64,000 nt of DNA from positions 1-64,000 of IMG/VR virus record IMGVR_UViG_3300046787_000286, one strand, 5' to 3'. The notes below the pieces were generated by a model. It ran no database searches, had not been told where the DNA came from, and saw only the letters and a list, made by a program, of their open reading frames with translations. Both the position numbers and the translations under genes were made by a program. Shown in pieces: positions 56,234 to 62,210 of this stretch (positions are counted from its first letter, which is position 1; each line of letters opens with the position of its first letter).

Positions 56234-57123
56234 TGGCGAGCGTTATTAATTTGTTGCTTAAATTGTTCTTGTTTGATTCTAACAGTGTTCATAGATGTTG
56301 CATAAAACTCTTCTACAGTAACATTATCAAACACTGGAGGTCTAACAGCAGATAGCTTGTAGATTTCTTCTGGTCCTACGAATTTTGTGGCATTGTTCAA
56401 GATAATACCAATAGCTTTCCTGCGAGTTTCGTTCATGCTTTTAGAAGCAACGATAATATTAAAAACATATGGTGCGTCCATACCAAGTTCTTTAAGAGTT
56501 TTTACTTTGGGCTCTTGCGGCAAACGAGTTTGACAACTTGCTGCTACCATTTTTAAATTTGAATTTTTTGTCTTTAGAGCTGCATAGGATTCGTAACGAT
56601 CGATAACAAACTCAACACCATTATTGCCGGCCATGTTGATTAACGCATCATTATTAGATTTGAACACAATATAACGAGTTTTAAACTTATACTTTTCTGC
56701 AAGCATTAGACCGGTTAGATGTGAAGCATTGCCGTATCCTACTCCCCCGAGTGTAAACTCAGTTTGATTTTTAAAATCCTTGTTAGTCACAACAGCCCAA
56801 CATGCATTTCCTAATGCATACACTGGCACGTAGTTTTCTTCTTTAAGTTTGCCAGTAGCAATATTATCAACATACGCCGGTGCTATAATAGCTAGACTAT
56901 TTTCTGTAGTTAGTGATGTTACTGCAATTGTTTGATTACCACCTGGTTTAAACTCTAGTATAAAGGTATAGGCGGTTTGAGATGAATTTGCTGCATCAAT
57001 GATTTTATACAAGGCAGGCGTTGCACTATGGCTTGGTGAATACGGCGAATAAATTTTGATAACTTCGCTAGCGTTAACAACTGCCGAGCCAAGAAGTAAT
57101 AATGTAAAAAAAAGTTTTTTCAA
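56230..57123 (-). CDS. TctC/Bug-like periplasmic solute-binding protein
   Basis: TTG start with AGGAG RBS; signal peptide; 'IYSPYSPSH', 'EFKPGGNQTIA', 'GGVGYGNASHL', 'IVFKSNNDALINMAG', 'PKVKTLKELG'. Confidence 0.75.
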   Translation of the reverse strand: MKKLFFTLLLLGSAVVNASEVIKIYSPYSPSHSATPALYKIIDAANSSQTAYTFILEFKPGGNQTIAVTSLTTENSLAIIAPAYVDNIATGKLKEENYVPVYALGNACWAVVTNKDFKNQTEFTLGGVGYGNASHLTGLMLAEKYKFKTRYIVFKSNNDALINMAGNNGVEFVIDRYESYAALKTKNSNLKMVAASCQTRLPQEPKVKTLKELGMDAPYVFNIIVASKSMNETRRKAIGIILNNATKFVGPEEIYKLSAVRPPVFDNVTVEEFYATSMNTVRIKQEQFKQQINNARQ

Positions 57124-57274
57124 TTTTAAATCTCCTAAATAAGAATAACTTAAGAGCTAGTAGAAGACCTCTACTCACGGACGGCGTTATAGGCATATTA
57201 TGCTAGTAAAAGAGTAAAGTACTCTAGGCGTCGATTTGATTCCGACGTCGGAAAGAACTCCGGCGTTGCAATAT
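57124..57274 (-). ncRNA. Candidate structured 5' leader (cis-regulatory RNA)
   Basis: ~150 nt between a TAAATA and the RBS, containing palindrome TTCCGACGTCGGAA, hairpins AGAGTA/TACTCT, GCATA/TATGC and AGTAGA/TCTACT, and three ACGCC repeats. Confidence 0.45.
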
Positions 57275-57280
57275 TATTTA
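57275..57280 (-). promoter_or_regulatory. Putative late promoter TAAATA
   Basis: TATTTA on the + strand at the 5' edge of the leader. Confidence 0.5.
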
Positions 57281-57301
57281 TTATCTGATACCCGAAGAAA
57301 A

Positions 57302-57607
57302 TTATTCTTCAGGTGTAATACCGTTTGAGTGCTTGTCTGTCTGCCGTTCCACATCTTGCATCAGTCTGCGTTCTTGCGTTGTTAACCGTTCTTTCTTAGT
57401 CCAGGCATTTCTACGAGGGTTGCCGCAAAGTGTGCATCCTGGTGTACCACAATCCATAGCATGGCGCTTGGCTAGACGATGTGGTTCCTTGTCTAGTTTT
57501 GTGTTATGGCTGCTGCTTTGTTTGGCAATTTTAAGTTGTCTTGCAATAAACACATCTGTCTTATGACGACGGCGGGAATTTAAGAATTTTGCTGTTTCGT
57601 TGCTCAT
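57302..57607 (-). CDS. Basic protein with putative Zn-binding Cys motif
   Basis: 'HAMDCGTPGCTLCGNPRR'; ATG lies 5 nt after a TAAATA. Confidence 0.75.
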   Translation of the reverse strand: MSNETAKFLNSRRRHKTDVFIARQLKIAKQSSSHNTKLDKEPHRLAKRHAMDCGTPGCTLCGNPRRNAWTKKERLTTQERRLMQDVERQTDKHSNGITPEE

Positions 57608-57612
57608 ACAGT

Positions 57613-57618
57613 TATTTA
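57613..57618 (-). promoter_or_regulatory. Putative late promoter TAAATA
   Basis: Immediately upstream of ATG 57607. Confidence 0.55.
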
Positions 57619-57658
57619 AGTTGGGTAGAACTAATTATAAAAGTTCTACCCCTTAAAA

Positions 57659-58174
57659 TCAACTGTTTAGAACACGAGCAACACTAGTGATTACACTAGC
57701 AATCCGCCCGATATCGCGCAACTGCTCAACTGTGTAACCTTCTTGTTTTAAAGTCTCGTAGTGAGCCTTTACACAAAAATGGCACTTGCCTACAATACTC
57801 GCTGCCAAGCTGTATGCTTCGAATCGAGCTTTAGTTGTGCCGCCATGTGAACTAATAGCGTTCATGCGTAACTGGGCCGGCAAACCTTTTAAGTTCTCGT
57901 CATCGGCCATTTCGACATAGGGGTACCAGATGTTGTTTTGTGCCATGATCGAGCCGGCTGTTAGTGCAGCATCACGCTCTTTTGTGTCAACAATGCTGCT
58001 ACTAATAAAAGTAATCAGTTTGCCGTTACCTGTTGCAAAGGCCGCAGCCAGTGCAATTGCTTCTGCTTCCTCTGGTGCCAAGGTACTGCGTTTGATCACA
58101 GCGTCAAGATTTAACTTGGTGTCCTTAGCATACTCAGGAAGACCTTCTTTAAGTTGGTCTACCCATGCAGTCAT
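57659..58174 (-). CDS. ahpD: Alkyl hydroperoxidase AhpD
   Basis: 'YAKDTKLNL', 'MAQNNIWY', 'KCHFCVKAH' CxxC; TAATG-coupled to ahpC. Confidence 0.9.
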   Translation of the reverse strand: MTAWVDQLKEGLPEYAKDTKLNLDAVIKRSTLAPEEAEAIALAAAFATGNGKLITFISSSIVDTKERDAALTAGSIMAQNNIWYPYVEMADDENLKGLPAQLRMNAISSHGGTTKARFEAYSLAASIVGKCHFCVKAHYETLKQEGYTVEQLRDIGRIASVITSVARVLNS

Positions 58175-58713
58175 TACAGAGTCTCCCCGCCTACTGTACG
58201 GTTACAAGCGCAAAGTTCGCCAGTCTGCAATGCGTCAAGAATACGCAGAGTTTCTTCTGGGCTACGGCCAACGTCCAAGTTGTTGACAGTAACGTGTTGG
58301 ATAACGTTGTCCGGGTCAACGATGAATGTTGCGCGAAGTGCCGCACCTGCTGGCGCATAGAACACACCTAGTTGTTCGACCAAGCTCAACTCACCACGCT
58401 GTGTATCAGCAAACTGAGTGTGAGTAATTTTCTTCAAATCACTGTGTGCCATTTGCCATGCTGTCTTACAGAACTCGTTGTCTGTTGAACCTGTTAGCAA
58501 TACTGCATCGCGATCAGCAAAGTCACCAGTCAACTTATCGTAGGCCACAATTTCAGTTGGGCAAACGAATGTGAAGTCTTTTGGATAGAACACGATTACT
58601 TTCCATTTGCCTTCGAAGCTTTGGTCTGTAATTGTGAAGTATGCGTCTTCTGGTTGGCCTGGCTTAACTCCTGTGACTGCGAACGCTGTTAGTTTATCAC
58701 CGATTGTTTTCAT
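58174..58713 (-). CDS. ahpC: Peroxiredoxin AhpC
   Basis: 'FYPKDFTFVCPTE' peroxidatic Cys, 'RATFIVDP', 'GELCACNR'. Confidence 0.95.
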   Translation of the reverse strand: MKTIGDKLTAFAVTGVKPGQPEDAYFTITDQSFEGKWKVIVFYPKDFTFVCPTEIVAYDKLTGDFADRDAVLLTGSTDNEFCKTAWQMAHSDLKKITHTQFADTQRGELSLVEQLGVFYAPAGAALRATFIVDPDNVIQHVTVNNLDVGRSPEETLRILDALQTGELCACNRTVGGETL

Positions 58714-58763
58714 TGGGTTCTCCTATTAAAAAATGAAAGTATATGTCTTGTTGACATGTTGTT

Positions 58764-58792
58764 ATTATAATAGTATATAGCAATGAAGTCTA
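58764..58792 (-). promoter_or_regulatory. sigma70-like promoter TAGACT-17-TATAAT
   Basis: Upstream of the ahpC RBS AGGAG. Confidence 0.6.
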
Positions 58793-58817
58793 CGAAAAAA
58801 TAGGTTTTTCCTATTGT

Positions 58818-59057
58818 TTATCGCAATGTCGACAATATAGATTTTCTATAGTGCTTGGTGTAGATTTTGGGATAGGGAGCTTCCGGTTGCCACGCTGTCT
58901 CGGCGGCAGGAAAGTAATGTTGCACAAATGCAGGTGCTGTCTTTTGCGGAAAGCTATCTGTGAACTCTGTGATGCAAGTGTAGGTTGCAGGATTGTATGG
59001 CAACCCACTTGTGGTTGCACGAAGTAGTTGTAGATTTTCTTCGTCGTGGTCTGACAT
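58818..59057 (-). CDS. 79-aa hypothetical protein
   Basis: ATG lies 4 nt after TAAATA (59062-59067), just 3' of tRNA-Leu. Confidence 0.5.
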   Translation of the reverse strand: MSDHDEENLQLLRATTSGLPYNPATYTCITEFTDSFPQKTAPAFVQHYFPAAETAWQPEAPYPKIYTKHYRKSILSTLR

Positions 59058-59068
59058 ACTTTATTTAT

Positions 59069-59152
59069 TGGTGCCCAGGGCGAGACTCGAACTCGCACGG
59101 ATTTCTCCACTACCACCTCAAGATAGCGTGGCTACCATTACACCACCTGGGC
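59069..59152 (-). tRNA. tRNA-Leu(GAG)
   Basis: GCCCAGG/CCTGGGC acceptor, CTATC-TTGAGGT-GGTAG anticodon arm, long variable arm, TTCGAGT, CCA. Confidence 0.93.
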
Positions 59153-59527
59153 TTATCTTATTGCTTTTGCTCTAGCGTGAATAACATCATCAACATTGCC
59201 TTTAACAATGACATTGGTGTAGGTGTCTACAAATTCGCTAGCATGATCTACCACACGATTGTCAGGTTCGTGGTAGGTCCTAACTCGCTCGCTACCTGCT
59301 AGGTTGCGTTCCTTGTCTTTGTGGAAGTGTGCCTGAATGCGTGACAAGCAGGTAATGTAGGCTGCACGTTTGTTATCTTCGCGGCTACGGCTGTTAGTGC
59401 CGTTCGCTTGAATGCCAGTGGGCTCATGAATGCATCGGCAACAATTTTGATGCTTGTTACGATGTTGCCCACCTTTGCCTGTTCCAGAGAACCACTCGTA
59501 ACGAAATTGATCTTCTGTAATTTTCAT
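59153..59527 (-). CDS. Truncated class-I peptide release factor (GGQ domain; ArfB/PrfH-like)
   Basis: 'WFSGTGKGGQHRNK...IHEPTGI...SRSREDNK..A' plus RF-like 'ERVRTYHEPDNRVVDH'; start ATG 59527 with AGGAG RBS. Confidence 0.85.
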   Translation of the reverse strand: MKITEDQFRYEWFSGTGKGGQHRNKHQNCCRCIHEPTGIQANGTNSRSREDNKRAAYITCLSRIQAHFHKDKERNLAGSERVRTYHEPDNRVVDHASEFVDTYTNVIVKGNVDDVIHARAKAIR

Positions 59528-59541
59528 TGCAGTCTCCTGAT

Positions 59542-59616
59542 TGGTGCGCGATGAGAGATTCGAACTCCCGACATCTGTCGAGTCAGAACAGCGCTCTACC
59601 ACTGAGCTAATCGCGC
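59542..59616 (-). tRNA. tRNA-Val(GAC), atypical U37
   Basis: GCGCGAT/ATCGCGC acceptor, canonical D and T arms, CTGTT-CTGACTC-GACAG anticodon arm, A73, CCA. Confidence 0.85.
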
Positions 59617-59794
59617 AAAAAAAGCAGTAGGGTTACTGCAAACAGAATGAACTGAGTGGCTTGCCCTACTGCGGATGTTGTGTGCATACTACTTGTCTCA
59701 TTATACTCCGCATGCAAGGGAGAGGCTTCTAACAGTAGGCGTTTAGAGTTCGGCGTTAGCGGAAACATCTAACCGTTTTGTCCTACTGTGTTAT

Positions 59795-59877
59795 TGGTGC
59801 GGACGGTGAGACTCGAACTCACACGCACTAGGCACTGGCTTCTAAGACCAGCGTGGCTACCATTACACCACGTCCGC
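59795..59877 (-). tRNA. tRNA-Leu(TAG)
   Basis: GCGGACG/CGTCCGC acceptor, CTGGT-CTTAGAA-GCCAG, long variable arm, CCA. Confidence 0.93.
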
Positions 59878-59883
59878 AATTTT

Positions 59884-60111
59884 TTATCTAACTTTTTTAA
59901 GATACTCTGGACCGACTTTGCCGGCTTGCACTTCAAGTAATGCAGTAACTGAAGCATTCAACTGACCAGGATTTTCTGATCGTTTATGCCTGACAATAAG
60001 TTCACGCACTCTAGCAGATGCTGCGATTACTAAATCGAATCTGTTGCCAATTTGTTCAACACAAGCGTCTGTATCAATTTGAGTTCCGCGACTTTCAGTG
60101 AGAATTTTCAT
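59884..60111 (-). CDS. rpoZ: RNA polymerase omega subunit homologue
   Basis: 'CVEQIGNRFDLVIAASARVREL...TALLEVQAGKV' matches the omega pattern (NRF.LV..A..RAR.L...AL.EI..GK). Confidence 0.8.
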   Translation of the reverse strand: MKILTESRGTQIDTDACVEQIGNRFDLVIAASARVRELIVRHKRSENPGQLNASVTALLEVQAGKVGPEYLKKVR

Positions 60112-60131
60112 AAAATATCTAAGTTAGTTGT

Positions 60132-60205
60132 TGGATGCGGGAGACAGATTCGAACTGCCGATGCACCTGGCTTATGAGACCGGTGTGGTGGCCACCCTTC
60201 CCGCG
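60132..60205 (-). tRNA. tRNA-Met(CAT), initiator-like but atypical
   Basis: C1:A72 mismatch, CTCATAA loop, GGCAG-TTCGAAT-CTGTC T arm, CCA; reduced D arm and U73. Confidence 0.75.
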
Positions 60206-60212
60206 TAATTAC

Positions 60213-60779
60213 TTATACCAATTGTTCTGCTTGGAGCAAAGCAACTGTGTCGGCATCCAATTCGATTTCGGTGCGAACGTTGAGTTCTAACACTTTGTCA
60301 TTGATGCTTTGCTTTTCTTTCTTGAGGCTTCGCATGTCGGCTTTGTAGGCTTCGATTTGAAGGTTGTCTAACACGCCAGTGTCGACGTTGTCGTTGTAAC
60401 CGTAAACACGGTTCTTGTTGTCTGTGTTGCGAAGTTTTTCTAACTTGCCGTTGAGAACAACGTAAGACTCAGCAGCCTTGCTCTCTGTCAGGCCTTTCAG
60501 GTGTCCTAGACGCTTGTCAACAAACGCAGCTTCAGCAAGCAAATCGCTTACGCCACTTTCTACGTTAGCACGACCAACACGGGCACGGATGCCATACAAC
60601 ACCTTGGTCAACTTTGCACGACGAAGGTCGCTTTCAACTAATGCACCACGTGCAACAGCGATCTCACCTTCAACGGTCTGGAACTCGTTTAGGGAGATCG
60701 ATGTTTTTACATCAATGGTTTTGATGTGATCCTGAATTGTGTTTTGCAGGGCGTTTGCTTTGCGAAGTGTAATCTTCAT
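60213..60779 (-). CDS. Coiled-coil hypothetical protein
   Basis: 188 aa 'MKITLRKANALQ...'; AAGGAA RBS. Confidence 0.8.
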   Translation of the reverse strand: MKITLRKANALQNTIQDHIKTIDVKTSISLNEFQTVEGEIAVARGALVESDLRRAKLTKVLYGIRARVGRANVESGVSDLLAEAAFVDKRLGHLKGLTESKAAESYVVLNGKLEKLRNTDNKNRVYGYNDNVDTGVLDNLQIEAYKADMRSLKKEKQSINDKVLELNVRTEIELDADTVALLQAEQLV

Positions 60780-60789
60780 ATTCGAGTTC

Positions 60790-61084
60790 CTTTCTATTTG
60801 AATTAGTAGCAGTGAGCGTATGGCAAGTCAATCGCCGGACAATGTGCAAGAGACATTAGCGAATGATAATTTTTCAGGTTATCACTTTACTAAAGCAAAA
60901 TACAAGAGACAGAGGATACCAATATTTCCGAGCATCAACAAACAGCGACTATAACAGCCAGTATAATCTCGGATCACTGGATCACGATTGGTAATTCCAG
61001 TAAGCATTTCAAGTGCTAACTAGAGGTGCAATCTCTCATCTCCATACACATCACAGTCCTGTTTTAAGAAACAGGCAAAAACTT
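60790..61084 (-). ncRNA. Candidate structured leader/ncRNA
   Basis: ~295 nt with no ORF in the track; hairpins CCTGTTT/AAACAGG, ACTGGA/TCCAGT, TCCGAG/CTCGGA and TGATAA/TTATCA; TGTCTCTTG occurs twice. Confidence 0.4.
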
Positions 61085-61162
61085 TGGAGTCCCGGGTAGG
61101 ATTCAAACCTACGAATCGATGGATTTGCAATCCACGCCATTAAGTCGCTCTGGTACCGAGAC
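61085..61162 (-). tRNA. tRNA-Cys(GCA)
   Basis: GTCTCGG/CCGGGAC acceptor, GTGGA-TTGCAAA-TCCAT, U73, CCA; T loop TTTGAAT. Confidence 0.9.
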
Positions 61163-61167
61163 ATATT

Positions 61168-61250
61168 CTTTATATGTAAACACACTAAAACGCGACCTTA
61201 GTTTCCCAGTTACGGTATTGTCAGTTGGTATAATGTGTTTGCATATAAAG
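61168..61250 (-). ncRNA. 83-nt element closed by a 17-bp stem
   Basis: CTTTATATGCAAACACA ... TGTGTTTACATATAAAG (one G-U pair). Confidence 0.45.
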
Positions 61251-62158
61251 TGGCGGACTGAGAATACATCCTAACCTAGTAACACCTCGGACATTATTAC
61301 AAACCTTGCGAGTCTGCTTTCTTCCGACTTCCACTAAAACCATATTGCTATGTATTCTAGTCTGTTACCAGTATCGCCGTTTTTAAAGACAGGCAGTAGT
61401 CTTGTCGTCACATGCTACTCTACACCATCTATCCCGTTGACCTTTAGAGCCATTCACTGTCGCTAAACAGCTACGAAACTTCCAGTATAAACAGATTTCA
61501 CCTTGCGAGTTACGTCTGACTGTATTGCCTTGCGGCTACAGCATTAGATACTTTTCACACATGACCGAGTCAGTCTTTGCATTTTAATCGTTAGCGGGAG
61601 TTGAACCCGCAGTCGACTCCTTAACAGGGAGTTGGCCTACCATTAGCCTATAACAACCTACTGCGATGTGCTGACTCAGTTGCTTCATACTCTTTTGGAA
61701 TACAAAATACAACACACCACGTTCCTTTTGTCTTGCGAACTACTCAGACGTCTTTTGCGATATGTGTCGGGTCTCGGCTTTCGCGTACCTCCACTTACCA
61801 CTCAAACTGCATACGAGCCCTAGGGTGCAACCCCTCGGACAAATACACTACCCTTTCTCATACCAATTAACTGGACTGGTTTCGTTGTGAAGTCAGCACC
61901 ACCTGTTACTTTCCATCTACTCAAGTTCCCCTTGATGCAATCTCAGGCTTGTAAGCAAACGTTCTTTCCACAACATCCAGCGTCATTGTTACAACCACCG
62001 GTCTTATCAGTGATCGCTCCCTTGCAGGAGTGAGCAGGCTTGCCTAAGTGAACTATTTTTAGTAGCGGAGTTATGTAGGCATACCTCCTTTGGCTGTGTC
62101 ACCACAGTTATTCTTCACTAGATAGCAAGCTACCTAGTAGGACATTAAGCTGCCCTTA
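61251..62158 (-). ncRNA. Large ornate ncRNA, GOLLD-like
   Basis: ~900 nt ORF-free, behind a perfect sigma70 promoter, next to tRNAs; many GNRA (GCAA/GAAA)-capped hairpins; embedded tRNA in a helix tip; boundaries approximate. Confidence 0.7.
61586..61657 (-). tRNA. tRNA-Asn(GTT) embedded in the large ncRNA, no encoded CCA
   Basis: GTTGTTA/TAACGAT acceptor, GGCT-AATGGTA-GGCC D arm, ACTCC-CTGTTAA-GGAGT, GCGGG-TTCAACT-CCCGC. Confidence 0.8.
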
Positions 62159-62164
62159 TATTCT

Positions 62165-62193
62165 ATTATAACATTGATTGCTGCACTTGTCAA
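62165..62193 (-). promoter_or_regulatory. Consensus sigma70 promoter TTGACA-17-TATAAT
   Basis: Perfect consensus; points into the large ncRNA/tRNA array. Confidence 0.88.
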
Positions 62194-62210
62194 CCATCAA
62201 CATTACCAAA

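Noticed and set aside
57074-57196. 40-aa ORF (MPITPSVSRG...) starting in the tctC leader
   Set aside because: No RBS, and it overlaps the tctC start out of frame; it is more simply explained as chance within a structured leader.
58811-59957. ORF-track calls 58811-59116, 58985-59302, 59769-59957 and the N-terminal extension of 59153-59602
   Set aside because: They run through clear tRNA genes; the release factor really starts at ATG 59527 with an AGGAG RBS.
61251-62158. Large ncRNA considered as tmRNA, RNase P RNA or a group I/II intron
   Set aside because: No tRNA-Ala-like ends with CCA or tag ORF, no RNase P P4 consensus recognised, and no interrupted gene on either side; GOLLD-like fits better, pending a CM search.
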